DNA of 64,000 nucleotides from Nitrosopumilaceae archaeon (GTDB taxonomy: Archaea; Thermoproteota; Nitrososphaeria; Nitrososphaerales; Nitrosopumilaceae), in NCBI GenBank assembly GCA_965208905.1, contig OZ242365.1, positions 1,056,001-1,120,000 of the forward strand, in the 5' to 3' direction. The notes beneath the pieces were generated by a model that was not told where the DNA came from, searched no databases, and worked only from the letters and a program-made list of their open reading frames with translations. Position numbers and translations under genes: made by a program. Of this stretch, positions 1-11,132 are shown one piece after another (within the stretch, counting starts at the first letter, position 1; each line of letters opens with the position of its first letter).

Positions 1-1096
1 ATGCTGTCTACACATGACAAAGGAGACATCTGTATTACTGATGGGTCTAAAGGAGCTGGGAGCTGAGGTGGCATGCTGCGCTGGCAATCCACTCTCCACT
101 CACGATGACATTACTGCATTTTTAGCATCCGAAGGCATACATACGTATGCTTGGAACGATCAGACTCCCGAAGAGTATGATTGGTGTATAGATCAGGTAC
201 TGCAACACAGACCATCCATTCTAGTGGATGATGGTGCTGACATGAACGTAAAAGCACACTTTGATAAAGAATATTCAGATTTAGGCATATTGGGTGCCAC
301 CGAGGAGACCACCGCAGGTGTCAATCGACTTCGGGCCATCGAAAGACAGGGCAAGCTAAAGTACCCTGTCATACTAGTCAACAATGCCTACACAAAACAA
401 CTATTTGATAACCGATATGGGACAGGCCAGAGTACTATCGATGGTCTGCTGCGTTCTATGAACTTGCTATTGGCATCTAAAAGAGTCGTTGTTGCTGGTT
501 ATGGATGGGTAGGTCGGGGAGTTGCCGCTAGATGTCGAGGGATGAACTCCAACGTTATTGTGACCGAGACGGATCCCATAAAGGCACTTGAAGCACATAT
601 GGATGGCTATCAGGTCATGCGCATGTCCAAGGCCGCTACACTGGGAGATGTCTTTATCACCACAACAGGTATGACCGATGTCATACGGCGTGAACACATT
701 CTGCGTATGCGGGATGGTGCCATACTGGCAAATGTGGGCCATTTTGATGTAGAGATAGATACTAAATTTTTACTATCTATGGATACACGCAGGGTGAGAC
801 CCAACCTTGATGAGTGTACGCTGCCCAACGGACGACGAATTTATCTTATTGGTGAAGGACGATTGGCAAACCTATCAGCTGCCGAGGGTCATCCACCCGA
901 GGTAATGGCGCAGTCATTCTCAAACCAACTGTTGTCTGTTAGACACATACTTCAAAATCACCAAACCATGCCTAAAGAAGTGTTGAATGTCCCATCTTAT
1001 ATAGACCGACAAGTTGCCATCGATGCGTTGGATGCCATGAGTGTCAAGATAGACCGACTAAATGCCAAACAACGAGCCTACATGAACAGCTGGTAG
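1..1096 (+). CDS. ahcY: Adenosylhomocysteinase, 5' end outside window
   Basis: Motifs EETTAG, FDNRYGTGQS, GYGWVGRG, GHFDVEID, GHPPEVM; frame is open back to the window edge. Confidence 0.96.
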   Translation, partial: CCLHMTKETSVLLMGLKELGAEVACCAGNPLSTHDDITAFLASEGIHTYAWNDQTPEEYDWCIDQVLQHRPSILVDDGADMNVKAHFDKEYSDLGILGATEETTAGVNRLRAIERQGKLKYPVILVNNAYTKQLFDNRYGTGQSTIDGLLRSMNLLLASKRVVVAGYGWVGRGVAARCRGMNSNVIVTETDPIKALEAHMDGYQVMRMSKAATLGDVFITTTGMTDVIRREHILRMRDGAILANVGHFDVEIDTKFLLSMDTRRVRPNLDECTLPNGRRIYLIGEGRLANLSAAEGHPPEVMAQSFSNQLLSVRHILQNHQTMPKEVLNVPSYIDRQVAIDALDAMSVKIDRLNAKQRAYMNSW

Positions 1097-1130
1097 TTAG
1101 TTAATATTGGATTAATGTGGGCACGATATA

Positions 1131-2129
1131 ATGGCACAGACATGGAAAGATGACGACATTACACTGGATAGCATAAAAGAGCAGACAATCTCGGTTCTAG
1201 GATATGGCATACAAGGCTCGGCTCAGGCCAGCAACATGAAAGACACTGGACTTGATGTGGTGGTGGGACTCAAAAGAGATAGTCCCAGCTGGTCAAAAGC
1301 CGTATCGGATGGACACAAAGTTCTTGAGACATCTGATGCGTGCAAGCAAGGCGATATTATACACGTACTGATACCCGACATGGTACAGTCTGATGTGTAC
1401 AAGACCGATATAGCGCCACATTTGACAGAGAACAAGGCACTGGCATTCTCGCACGGCGCCGCTATAAATTGGGGGTGGATCAATGCTCCAAAGAATATTG
1501 ATATCATAATGGTGGCACCAAAAGGTCCTGGCTCCAAAGTACGTGAAACGTATCTGGAGGGCTTTGGGACACCATCTATAGTTGCAGTTCATCAGGATTA
1601 TACTGGAACTGCTTGGAATCGTACATTGGCCATCGGCAAGGCAATAGGCAGTGCTAGGGCTGGTCTCATTGGTACCACGTTTAAGGAAGAGGTGGAGACT
1701 GACTGGTTTGGCGAGCAAGCCGACCTGTGTGGCGGAGCTGCATCTATGGTCACCAACTCCTTTGAGACTCTCGTTGAAGCTGGCTACCAGCCAGAGATTG
1801 CATACTTTGAGGTGCTACACGAACTCAAGCTAATAGTAGACATGATACAAAGATACGGCATAAATGGCATGTGGAATCGTGTAAGTGAGACTGCCCGATA
1901 TGGTGGTTTGACTAGAGGACCTCTTGTCATGGACTCTACAACCAAAGAACGAATGAAGAAGGTCCTAGACATGATACAAGATGGCACATTCAATGAAGAG
2001 TGGGTTGGTGAGTATAAGAAGAATGGACGTAACTCTTTTGACCGATACATGAAGAAGATGGATGATCACCAAATAGAACAGGTAGGGCGCCGCATGCGCA
2101 AGATGATGTGGCCGGATTCAACCGAATAA
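1131..2129 (+). CDS. ilvC: Ketol-acid reductoisomerase
   Basis: GYGIQG, MVAPKGPG, ETDWFGEQADLCGG, AYFEVLHELKLIVD. Confidence 0.97.
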   Translation: MAQTWKDDDITLDSIKEQTISVLGYGIQGSAQASNMKDTGLDVVVGLKRDSPSWSKAVSDGHKVLETSDACKQGDIIHVLIPDMVQSDVYKTDIAPHLTENKALAFSHGAAINWGWINAPKNIDIIMVAPKGPGSKVRETYLEGFGTPSIVAVHQDYTGTAWNRTLAIGKAIGSARAGLIGTTFKEEVETDWFGEQADLCGGAASMVTNSFETLVEAGYQPEIAYFEVLHELKLIVDMIQRYGINGMWNRVSETARYGGLTRGPLVMDSTTKERMKKVLDMIQDGTFNEEWVGEYKKNGRNSFDRYMKKMDDHQIEQVGRRMRKMMWPDSTE

Positions 2130-2133
2130 TAAA

Positions 2134-2541
2134 CTAATTTTTTCTTAATTTTGATACGCCCTTCTCTATATGCTCTATAATGTTTGGTAACGGCGTGCCG
2201 GGCCCAAAGACCTTATCGATACCAGACTCTGTTAATTTTGGATAGTCTGCTTGAGGTATGACGCCGCCCCCCACGACTAGAACATCATCTAGTTGTTTCT
2301 CTCGAAGCTTTGTAACGACCCTTGGGAAGAGTGTATTGTGCGCACCATTTAACAAGCTCATTGCTACAGCATCTACATCTTCATCTTCTGCCATCTGTGC
2401 TACACGGTCCGGCGTGGCGAATAGCCCTGAGTATATCACTTCCATACCCGCATCACGAAATGCTCTGCAGAGTACCAAAGCTCCACGATCGTGACCATCC
2501 AGACCCAACTTTGCTACTAAAACCTTTATGCTTCTCTCCAT
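2134..2541 (-). CDS. Methylmalonyl-CoA mutase small (cobalamin-binding) subunit
   Basis: GLDGHDRG B12-binding motif, GGVIP, FGPGT. Confidence 0.93.
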   Translation of the reverse strand: MERSIKVLVAKLGLDGHDRGALVLCRAFRDAGMEVIYSGLFATPDRVAQMAEDEDVDAVAMSLLNGAHNTLFPRVVTKLREKQLDDVLVVGGGVIPQADYPKLTESGIDKVFGPGTPLPNIIEHIEKGVSKLRKN

Positions 2542-2604
2542 ATTTTTTGTAAAATAATTCTAATTAAAATGCCTTTCTAAATTTTTTATCCAAATATGGT
2601 AAAT

Positions 2605-3555
2605 TCAACCAATAGTCAACATTCTATCTATGGCCCGGCGAGCCTTATCCGCAATCTTCTTCTCCACTGTAACATGATACTTGTCGTGTACCAATGAATC
2701 ATATACTTTTTGAAGCGTGATCATCTTCATGTATTGACATTCGGCCTTCTCTGACGCCGGTACAAATGTCTTGTGAGGATTCTGTTTCTTCATACGATAC
2801 AATATGCCGGTTTCAGTTGCTACCACAAAGTTCTTTGAATCAGACCTGCTTACATGCTTCATCATACCTTCAGTTGATAGTACCGATACGGCCTTGTCTT
2901 GATATGTACCTGTTGACACATCATACAGTATGGGGGTTGTGCAACTGCATTCTGGGTGTATTAAAAATTCGGCTTCTTTTAATGACTTTATCTTTTCATT
3001 GACATCTGCGGCACTAATTCCTGCATGAACATGGCACTCGCCGGCCCAGACAAAGATGTTTTTTCTACCTGTACTCTTTGATACGTATGAACCTAAAAAC
3101 ATATCAGGTAAAAATAGTATCTCTCTGTCGGTGGGGATTGAATTTACAACCTTTACTGCGTTGGATGATGTACAGCAGTAATCCAGTTCTGACTTTATTT
3201 CTGCTGTAGTATTGACATAACCTACGGCAACGGCATTTGGATGCTCCCTCTTCCACTCCTTTAACTCTTGTATGGTTATTGAATCTGATAACGAACAACC
3301 TGCTTGAGTGTCTGGTATGAGTACTTTTTTGTCAGGACTTATTATTGCAGCGGTCTCTGCCATAAAATGCACACCGCAAAATACAATGACTTTCTGTGGT
3401 ACCTGTGCCGCTTGCCTGGACAGATTTAGTGAATCGCCAATAATATCTGCCACGTCCTGTACCTCGGGTATTTGGTAGTTATGAGCTAAAATGACTGCAT
3501 CCTTCTCTTCTTTGAGGCGCTTTATCTCCCGACTCAGATCCTCGACTTGCATCAT
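2605..3555 (-). CDS. nadA: Quinolinate synthase
   Basis: LAHNYQ, FCGVHFMAETA, CCTSSN, CHVH, HPEC, CQYMK. Confidence 0.97.
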   Translation of the reverse strand: MMQVEDLSREIKRLKEEKDAVILAHNYQIPEVQDVADIIGDSLNLSRQAAQVPQKVIVFCGVHFMAETAAIISPDKKVLIPDTQAGCSLSDSITIQELKEWKREHPNAVAVGYVNTTAEIKSELDYCCTSSNAVKVVNSIPTDREILFLPDMFLGSYVSKSTGRKNIFVWAGECHVHAGISAADVNEKIKSLKEAEFLIHPECSCTTPILYDVSTGTYQDKAVSVLSTEGMMKHVSRSDSKNFVVATETGILYRMKKQNPHKTFVPASEKAECQYMKMITLQKVYDSLVHDKYHVTVEKKIADKARRAIDRMLTIG

Positions 3556-3963
3556 GCTGATGGTTTTGGTGTATAGTAAATTTAAATGAGACGATCATAG
3601 TAAATACTGCATAATTTTAGATTATGTGGACAATTTTTGCCGCTTTTTACTCTATATATTCAAAAACCACAGCATTTTTCTCCCATATTTGCTAAACATG
3701 TCTGTATAAGCCAACCATATGTGATTATACAACTTGAAACTGTAAATCTAAGATGTAATGTTTCAACTAAAAACACTCTGATATTATGACCTGCAAAGCT
3801 TAACAGTTTAGAATTAATTATTAATTCAGATATGTTTTTAAATTCTACCTGGACCTCTTTATGACTGTACTGTCTTTTGTGTTTTTAATATTGTGTAATT
3901 TTGGTCGTGTATAGTCTATTAAAATCATAAAACTATTTTCAAACTTTTGATTACATTTAATTT

Positions 3964-4371
3964 TTAATGTGTGCTGTCTCGTCTTTTTATCTCAGATTTT
4001 ACAGCATATAGTATAGTGCGTGCTTCAGCTAAACTTGTTTTTGCATCGGGCTCTGCGGGTATCTCATCATATGACACCGGATATCTGCCAATAATGACCC
4101 ATGTCGATATTCTCTTTAGATCATAGGGTACATCCTTAACTGACCAATCGGAAGATATTGCACCGTATATCTCTAGCAGATTATGTGTGTGCGGCACCTC
4201 CCTGTTCTCGTAAATTAACACCGCTTTTAGTGATTTTTCAACACATTGCTGAATATGGAGTCTCATGTTGTTTATGTCGCCGATGGTCTCTGCATATGTT
4301 GCCATTTTCAGGTCACCTTCAGCATATTGCAGCCACTTCCTAGCTGATTCAGCGCTCATATAGCATGACAC
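3964..4371 (-). CDS. HEPN domain protein
   Basis: QQCVEKSLKA, THNL and RYP motifs; overlaps the upstream MNT gene. Confidence 0.88.
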   Translation of the reverse strand: MSCYMSAESARKWLQYAEGDLKMATYAETIGDINNMRLHIQQCVEKSLKAVLIYENREVPHTHNLLEIYGAISSDWSVKDVPYDLKRISTWVIIGRYPVSYDEIPAEPDAKTSLAEARTILYAVKSEIKRRDSTH

Positions 4372-4783
4372 CTTCTTTTAGCGCATAATAGTATACATAC
4401 CCTGTGTCGTGTTTTACACGCTCCAACTCTTTTGAGTCGACAACTATGACGTCTATTGCAATACCTGCGGGGTCAATTGTACCTAATATTCTTACCATGT
4501 CATAAATTGGATCTCTCACCTCGTCTAACACTACCAACAAATCAACATCACTGTGAAAGTTGGGGGTACCACGTGCATACGACCCAAATAATATGATTTT
4601 TTGAGGATTATTTTTTTTTATAATTTTATCAACAGCTCTATCAATAAACGGCCTTGCCAATCTTGTAAAATCCTGTGATGTGCGTTTTTTACCATTTTCA
4701 TCTATGCTACCATATGAATACATGGAGTGCTGTTTGGTATTTACCATCAATACGACCTCCTCATTGTATCTAATAACCACCAA
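4349..4783 (-). CDS. Minimal nucleotidyltransferase (MNT) of a HEPN-MNT pair
   Basis: ILFGSYARG...SDVDLLVV motif; start uncertain. Confidence 0.9.
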   Translation of the reverse strand: MVVIRYNEEVVLMVNTKQHSMYSYGSIDENGKKRTSQDFTRLARPFIDRAVDKIIKKNNPQKIILFGSYARGTPNFHSDVDLLVVLDEVRDPIYDMVRILGTIDPAGIAIDVIVVDSKELERVKHDTGYVYYYALKEGVMLYER

Positions 4784-5757
4784 TATCCATTAAAATCATA
4801 TGGTATGGCTCTTAACAAATCCATATTATGACACTTTTGTGTATTAACATGTAATGCAAAACTTTCCGAATGTATAAGATGAAATTTTTCAACAGCTGGG
4901 ACCATACTGTTTTTGGACACTGTTATCATGTTATTACTGTCGACCACTTGTGGCGTAGTCATATGTTGAATAATGTTTGCGTGATATAAAAATACCATTA
5001 TTATATTCAGAAGGCAGAAATCTACTCTCACACTCGTCTTTGATCATGACACATTTTAAGGCGCTTTTTGTACAAACAAAAGTTTTGTAGATGCGACGGC
5101 AGAGGTGAAGGCCAGTACTGGCAATTTTAATGGATGCCCACCTGAATTGATGACCAAATTCAGAGGCTGCAGTAACTATATAGATGTGGTGGGAGGTTTA
5201 AAGGTGCTCCCACTATAATTTAATAAATAAATATTATTCAAATGTACTTGATTGGCCCTTTGTGGACATTCAAACTATATTTTTTGTTTGATTAAAAACA
5301 ATATTCAAAATATATTAAAACAATTATGACCAGAGTTTAATTATCAAAAAATTCAATGTCTAATATCCCTTCTAATTCTTGTGGTTCCAAGGACTTGCCA
5401 TATTGAGGGCTAGTTGTATTGAGAATTAGTAACTATGTGTTGTGGTGTATGTTCGGTCCAGAGTACGGTTTTGCTATTGTGGTGGTTTGAAGCTGTGTTT
5501 CTTTGTATGGCATCCTACCTTCCACCTCACGTCTAACTCATCTATAGATGTATAAAATACAGTTTTTCTACACATGTCCATATTGAGGTCTAGCCCAATC
5601 AAATTATAGTCTTGTTTAATATATCCAGGCGGTGAGCTTTGGACTACATACATGATGTTTGATTTTCCCACTTTTAGTAGACAGATATTAAAATTTAGTT
5701 TACTATAATGAGTATTTTGTGTTTGGTAACCATTGGTAGATATTTTGGTATTTTTGC

Positions 5758-6585
5758 CTAAGAACCTACAATAATTCCATGGGCACAATATTTGTACAAT
5801 GTATTGATTGCCGAGAGGGCAGCCAATCTACTGGTCTTTGGATTGTCAGGATCTGGGGAATTTTGTAACGTAAACTGCATTGTACCAAAACTCCCTTGTA
5901 CGTGTATAGTATGTGTGTTGGTTGTAATATGTGGGTCAGCTTTTACTATGACGGAGACGTCTTGTCCTGCTGCCATAGATACTGATGCTGCCACATTCAC
6001 ATTGGCTGGAAAGAGTTTTACTGCATCGGCGGCACTACCTTGGAATAATGTTACTACATCATCGACAATGTCGTTTACATTTACCTCTGACTGCGCAAAG
6101 TATGGCGCATCTTTTAGTGATGTTGGGTGCTTTGTGGTTGTAATGGATATCTCTCTTATATGATCTCGCACCGAATATATGGCGTCCAGACCTCCTACGG
6201 CCCCTGAGGGCAGGTATACTCTACTACCAAACTCTTCGGATGCTTGAGATAATACCTCACTTATGGTGCTGTCCAGCAGGGCACCAGTACTCATTATTAT
6301 AATGTCCCGACGGTTTTGTATGACACTTAATGCTATATCTCTAACGGCATCCTGCGATGCAGCCTCTACCACGATATCAACAGGCGGATAGGACAGTAGA
6401 TGGGCATTTTGGCTTATCTCTGGTTTTGACTTTAGTCGTGCCACCAGATCATTTGATGCTGACTTTGATGAATCATATACGCGCTCCAGCTTGGCGGGTA
6501 TTGCACCTGAATCTATTGCTAATGCCAACTGTGTACCGATGAACCCACAGCCTAGTATGGCAACTTTCTTGAGCGGCCGCGACAT
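5758..6585 (-). CDS. nadX: L-aspartate dehydrogenase
   Basis: GCGFIG, VEAAS, PSGAVGGLD, FPANVNVA, NPKTS. Confidence 0.94.
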   Translation of the reverse strand: MSRPLKKVAILGCGFIGTQLALAIDSGAIPAKLERVYDSSKSASNDLVARLKSKPEISQNAHLLSYPPVDIVVEAASQDAVRDIALSVIQNRRDIIIMSTGALLDSTISEVLSQASEEFGSRVYLPSGAVGGLDAIYSVRDHIREISITTTKHPTSLKDAPYFAQSEVNVNDIVDDVVTLFQGSAADAVKLFPANVNVAASVSMAAGQDVSVIVKADPHITTNTHTIHVQGSFGTMQFTLQNSPDPDNPKTSRLAALSAINTLYKYCAHGIIVGS

Positions 6586-6589
6586 TATA

Positions 6590-6976
6590 TCATTCCTTTA
6601 TGAATATGGCATTGACAACGCCGTCCTGCCCTGGTCTTGATACCACGCGACAGGTTCCCTCCTCTGTCTCCAGAATTGCTCCACGTGTTATGACACCTCG
6701 GCGTTGGTAGTCATTATTTGTGGGATTCGACAAGACTTTGACTATCTTTGATTTTATGACGGTATCGCCGACCCCGGACAAATTCACAAACTCGGCAGTC
6801 TTTAGAGCAGTCTTGGAGTGGGCTCCTCGAGTCCTTCGGGTAACTGTCACCTGAGCATCCTTGGCTAAAGCCTCATTTGGGTATCTATTCATCTCGTACT
6901 TGCGACGTACGCGCAGTGGATGCCTACGCCCACCTGTCAATTTACTGGTAGCCAGATTCTCTACAGATTTTCGCAT
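6590..6976 (-). CDS. rps8e: 30S ribosomal protein S8e
   Basis: TGGR, ITRGAILET, SRPGQDGVVNA. Confidence 0.97.
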   Translation of the reverse strand: MRKSVENLATSKLTGGRRHPLRVRRKYEMNRYPNEALAKDAQVTVTRRTRGAHSKTALKTAEFVNLSGVGDTVIKSKIVKVLSNPTNNDYQRRGVITRGAILETEEGTCRVVSRPGQDGVVNAIFIKE

Positions 6977-7009
6977 GTGTACAAGACTACATACCTCTAA
7001 TTTAAAGCG

Positions 7010-7522
7010 TCACGTTCTCATCTTTTTGAAGAGTCTCTGTTTTAGCTCTTGGGAGTCATGTATGCCAAAGTAACTACCGAATTTGTCTGTGGTGTTGTAT
7101 ATCTTTAGTCTACCTGCATCCTGATACGTTACAAAACCCAGCCGCTTTAGCTCCTTGAGATGTGCGTATACGCCATTTCCTCGAGTCTCAACCAACTGCT
7201 TAGTGGAGACGGGTTGCATAAATGCAATATATGATAGCGTCTTTTGCATGGCCCGGGACAGCAGTGGCTGTGAGGCAAACTTACGTATGACTTCACTATA
7301 CTCGTGCTTTAGCTGTAAAACATATGTCTCATCAGGAAGCCGAGACACCTCTAGCGCCATCATCTGTTTGTTGACCCTCTTCATTATCTCATTGAGCATG
7401 CTGATGGTACGTGTCTTTGATCCCGTACCTGACACACGTATTAACTCAGATATCTCTAATGGCCTGCCTGCTGCATATAGTGCTGCCTCAAGTCTGGCAA
7501 TGGGTTCTGTATCATCTGCCAT
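7010..7522 (-). CDS. scpB: SMC-Scp complex subunit ScpB
   Basis: LEAALYAAGRPL, TLSYIAFMQP, RG, YNTTDKF. Confidence 0.92.
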   Translation of the reverse strand: MADDTEPIARLEAALYAAGRPLEISELIRVSGTGSKTRTISMLNEIMKRVNKQMMALEVSRLPDETYVLQLKHEYSEVIRKFASQPLLSRAMQKTLSYIAFMQPVSTKQLVETRGNGVYAHLKELKRLGFVTYQDAGRLKIYNTTDKFGSYFGIHDSQELKQRLFKKMRT

Positions 7523-8580
7523 TATACATTTGGCGTAATGACGGCTCGACCAGTTATTTTACGGTTTTTAAGATCGATTAGTGCGTCATTCGACTCTGGC
7601 AATGAATATCTCTTGGATATCATGGGGTTTATGTGCCCTTTTTTGACCAAATCTAGTAACTCTATCATATCATTATAACTTCCAGTATATGCTCCTTGTA
7701 TGGTGATGGATTTTAATGGTATGGTGACCAACGATATGTTTAGTAGCCCTCCGTATAGCCCCACTAGCACCATATTGCCCCGTTTACGTAGAACATCCAT
7801 GCCCAACTTGGCGGTGGCAGATGCATTTACAAAGTCTACAACGCTATCTGCGCCCATGTTATCGCATATCTTTATGATGTCCTTTACGGCATTCTCTGAT
7901 TTGGATATTATCGTATGGTGAGCACCCATCTTTCTAGCCGTCTCTAACTTCTTTTCACTCAAATCTACACAAATTATGGTGGCATCTGTTATGGCATGAG
8001 CTATCTGCACGCCCATGAGTCCTAGACCTCCTGCCCCCACAATCACTATATAACGAGGTGAGTTGGCATTGGCCTTCTTTATTGCTGTATATGCTGTAAG
8101 ACCAGAACAAGCCAAGGATGTGGCCGCCTCTACATTCACATTACCTAGTCTTGCCAGATACCTGTGGTGCGGAACTAGCATATAATCTGCATATCCGCCA
8201 TCTTGGAAGACTCCTAAGGAACGGGGTGTATCACACAAATTCTCATTATCCGCCATACATGCAGGACATCTTCTGCACCCAATCCATGGATATACCAAAA
8301 TTTTTTCGCCCACCGTGTACCCTCCTGTGTCTGGACCAGTCTGATGTATGGTGCCCACAACTTCATGACCTGGCGTAACAGGGTACTTTACTCCTCTGTC
8401 TGTGACCTTCATGAAGTTCCCATCTCCCATATCGTATCCGCCCTCCCACAAGTGGAGATCACTGTGGCATACACCTGTAGCCAGAACTTTGATCAACACC
8501 TGTGACTCTTTTGGAGATGGAGTCTCAGACTCTACCAGGTTTAGAGGTTCATTTGGACCTGGTATTCGTGCTGATTTCAT
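7522..8580 (-). CDS. Zn-dependent alcohol dehydrogenase
   Basis: GVCHSDLH, PGHE, CxxCxxC-x7-C, GAGGLG; likely start MKSARI at 8580. Confidence 0.92.
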   Translation of the reverse strand: MKSARIPGPNEPLNLVESETPSPKESQVLIKVLATGVCHSDLHLWEGGYDMGDGNFMKVTDRGVKYPVTPGHEVVGTIHQTGPDTGGYTVGEKILVYPWIGCRRCPACMADNENLCDTPRSLGVFQDGGYADYMLVPHHRYLARLGNVNVEAATSLACSGLTAYTAIKKANANSPRYIVIVGAGGLGLMGVQIAHAITDATIICVDLSEKKLETARKMGAHHTIISKSENAVKDIIKICDNMGADSVVDFVNASATAKLGMDVLRKRGNMVLVGLYGGLLNISLVTIPLKSITIQGAYTGSYNDMIELLDLVKKGHINPMISKRYSLPESNDALIDLKNRKITGRAVITPNV

Positions 8581-8714
8581 ACTTCGATGACTTTTATCTT
8601 TCATATAAGAGTTGATTCTTTGACTTTTGCGCAACATGGCGTGTATCTTGTGGTGCAAGTTTGCACACTGATACTAAATTTAACATACAAATTTGTGTAT
8701 TGTCTTCAAAAGAG

Positions 8715-9656
8715 TCATGGTGCAAACAGCACCTTTAGCGCCCCACTCTTGGCGCGCTCAAACGCCTCCCCATATCTATCCAGACTGTACGTGCAGTCCA
8801 CCATATCCTCTACTGATATTATACCTGAAGACAAGGCATCTATTGCTGGTGCAAACGGACCGCATCGCGAACCCACCAAGGTAAACTCGTTTATTATGGT
8901 CTGTGTGAGATTGTGGTTGCTGCCAGAGGCGGTAGTGGACTTTAGTATTATGGTACCCCTGGGCCGGGCCAGCTTTGTGGCATCTATCAATCCAGAACTA
9001 CTCCCGGTTGCATCGACCACAACATCGAATCTGCCAATATCCGCTGACTCTATACACATGCTGGCACTCACACCAAGATTCTCTAGTCTGTCCAGTTTAT
9101 CTTGATGCCTTCCAAAACATTTCACCTTTGAATATCTGTCCAGCACCATGGATATCAGTTGTCCCAACCGACCATCGCCCAGAACCGCTACCCGCCACTC
9201 TGGGCGCAATGGAACCTGCTCTAAAATCTCAAAAGCAGCTGCGAGAGGCTCCACAAAGACCGCTTGATGATTTGATACTGAATCTGGTATGACATGTAGG
9301 TTTCTCTCCGGCAGCGATAGGTACTCTGCAAACGCTCCATTCCTGTTTAGTATGCCCAAGACCGACCTGTGTGGACAGTGACGAGTCAGACCCGCTGCGC
9401 ATGTATGACACCTTTCGCAGGCAACATTGATCTCTCCTACTACGCGCTGACCCACTAAATCTGCACTCTCTGACTTAACTACAGTACCCACAAACTCGTG
9501 CCCTAGAACACCTTTGTATCCCATGTAGCCAGATGCTATCTCTATATCAGTTCCGCATATTCCTGCAAGATCCACGCGTACTATGGTACCATCTGTGGGA
9601 TCTGGAAACTCTGGATTAAACCCCAACGATGTCCCATCAAAATGTACTGCTTTCAT
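8715..9656 (-). CDS. Zn-dependent alcohol/threonine dehydrogenase-like protein
   Basis: GICGTD, LGHE, structural Zn Cys cluster, EPLAAA, GDGRLG. Confidence 0.9.
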   Translation of the reverse strand: MKAVHFDGTSLGFNPEFPDPTDGTIVRVDLAGICGTDIEIASGYMGYKGVLGHEFVGTVVKSESADLVGQRVVGEINVACERCHTCAAGLTRHCPHRSVLGILNRNGAFAEYLSLPERNLHVIPDSVSNHQAVFVEPLAAAFEILEQVPLRPEWRVAVLGDGRLGQLISMVLDRYSKVKCFGRHQDKLDRLENLGVSASMCIESADIGRFDVVVDATGSSSGLIDATKLARPRGTIILKSTTASGSNHNLTQTIINEFTLVGSRCGPFAPAIDALSSGIISVEDMVDCTYSLDRYGEAFERAKSGALKVLFAP

Positions 9657-9712
9657 TATATGATACCTGATGGTGCGAACCTTTTATTCATTGGGGGTAT
9701 GTTTTTTGTATT

Positions 9713-10408
9713 CTAGTCTTCTTTGTTCAGATAGATGTACTTCATTATGACCACTGCAATTATGCCGCCAACTATGGGCGCTGCCCAATACATCCAGTGA
9801 AACTCCCAGAATCCTGAGACAAGTGCTGGACCAAATGTTCTGGCCGGGTTTACTGATGCGCCCGTTAATGGTATTCCAACCATGTGTATCAAAAACACCA
9901 TCCCACCTATTGCAAATCCTGCCCATCCAGCACTAGCCTTTTTGTGGGCAGCAGTCATGCATATTGTGACCAGCAGGAAGAATGTCAGTATCGCCTCTAC
10001 GGCAAAACCTGATGCTGCACTGCTGTTGATTATCTCTGAAGGCCCTGGCTGCGTTCCTAGATTTACATCCATACCCAACTTTGGGAATATTGTCAGTAAC
10101 GTGAGTGATGCTATAACGGCACCAACTATCTGTGATATCACATACCCTATTCCATCTTTGATGGGAATCTGACGCACTATCATCATTGGAATCGTTACAG
10201 CTGGATTGATGTGTGCTCCTGATATGTGACCAAATGCATATATCATTATACCAATTATTCCACCATGGACCAGTGATATGAAGAAGACTGACATGGTGTC
10301 TAAACCCTCACCAAAGTAAGCTATCGCCAATATTATGGCTAAAGGCCCAAAGAAGACCAAGGCAAATGTAGATATACCTTCTGCCAGCCATGCTCTAGGA
10401 TTAACCAT
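9713..10408 (-). CDS. Aquaporin (MIP family)
   Basis: Two NPA boxes (HINPAVT, SVNPART) and six hydrophobic segments. Confidence 0.95.
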   Translation of the reverse strand: MVNPRAWLAEGISTFALVFFGPLAIILAIAYFGEGLDTMSVFFISLVHGGIIGIMIYAFGHISGAHINPAVTIPMMIVRQIPIKDGIGYVISQIVGAVIASLTLLTIFPKLGMDVNLGTQPGPSEIINSSAASGFAVEAILTFFLLVTICMTAAHKKASAGWAGFAIGGMVFLIHMVGIPLTGASVNPARTFGPALVSGFWEFHWMYWAAPIVGGIIAVVIMKYIYLNKED

Positions 10409-10605
10409 ACACTAAACCTTCGCTATGGCCATATATTTATTGTTAAGGGGACCGGTAGTTAGCCTAGAGAGTTGTCTTTGCGAAGAACCATTCCTGTTCT
10501 GTCCAGCTTGTTAGGAGTGAATGCTCTGCTACATATGTCGGGCAAGTCATCACGGTACCCCAAAACTAACAAAGTTATATAAGGATATATGTTATATATC
10601 TTGTA

Positions 10606-10887
10606 ATGGCCACATATAGAACTAGTATGCAGATAATAGCAGATCTGCTGACGGTAACCCAAGATTCAGGTATGAAGGGTATTGGAACTACTTCATTGTT
10701 GACCAGGGCAAATCTTTCGCATTCCAGACTAGGAAAATTTCTGGATAACCTTACCGGTGCTGGCTTGGTCACGAAGATAGAGTATGACGGCAGACACACA
10801 TTTGTAATTACCCCTAGAGGACGACAGTACTTGGAGTCGTATGAACGATTCTCCAAGATTGCAGAGTCGTTTGGGCTTGAACTGTAA
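10606..10887 (+). CDS. Winged helix-turn-helix transcriptional regulator
   Basis: YRTSMQIIADLL...ANLS...ITPRG pattern of archaeal ArnR1-like wHTH proteins. Confidence 0.85.
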   Translation: MATYRTSMQIIADLLTVTQDSGMKGIGTTSLLTRANLSHSRLGKFLDNLTGAGLVTKIEYDGRHTFVITPRGRQYLESYERFSKIAESFGLEL

Positions 10888-10894
10888 CGTATAA

Positions 10895-11062
10895 TCATCT
10901 TCTTTTCCTTTTGTATTCTCTTCTATTTTTGTACGATGAGTACATTATGACAATGATGGCGCCTGCGAGCATACCGTAGAACGGAAGCCATCTCTCTTGA
11001 GTGGCCATTATTATCATCCCTCCTACCAACAAAGCAAGAATCACCATCAGATACTTGTCCAT
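10895..11062 (-). CDS. Small two-TM membrane protein
   Basis: MDKYLMVIL...; two hydrophobic helices and a basic tail. Confidence 0.6.
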   Translation of the reverse strand: MDKYLMVILALLVGGMIIMATQERWLPFYGMLAGAIIVIMYSSYKNRREYKRKRR

Positions 11063-11132
11063 CACATACAATGACACTTGTCGTATAATTAAACCTCTAG
11101 CGCTTATATCATACGTATTGTATATCGATGTG

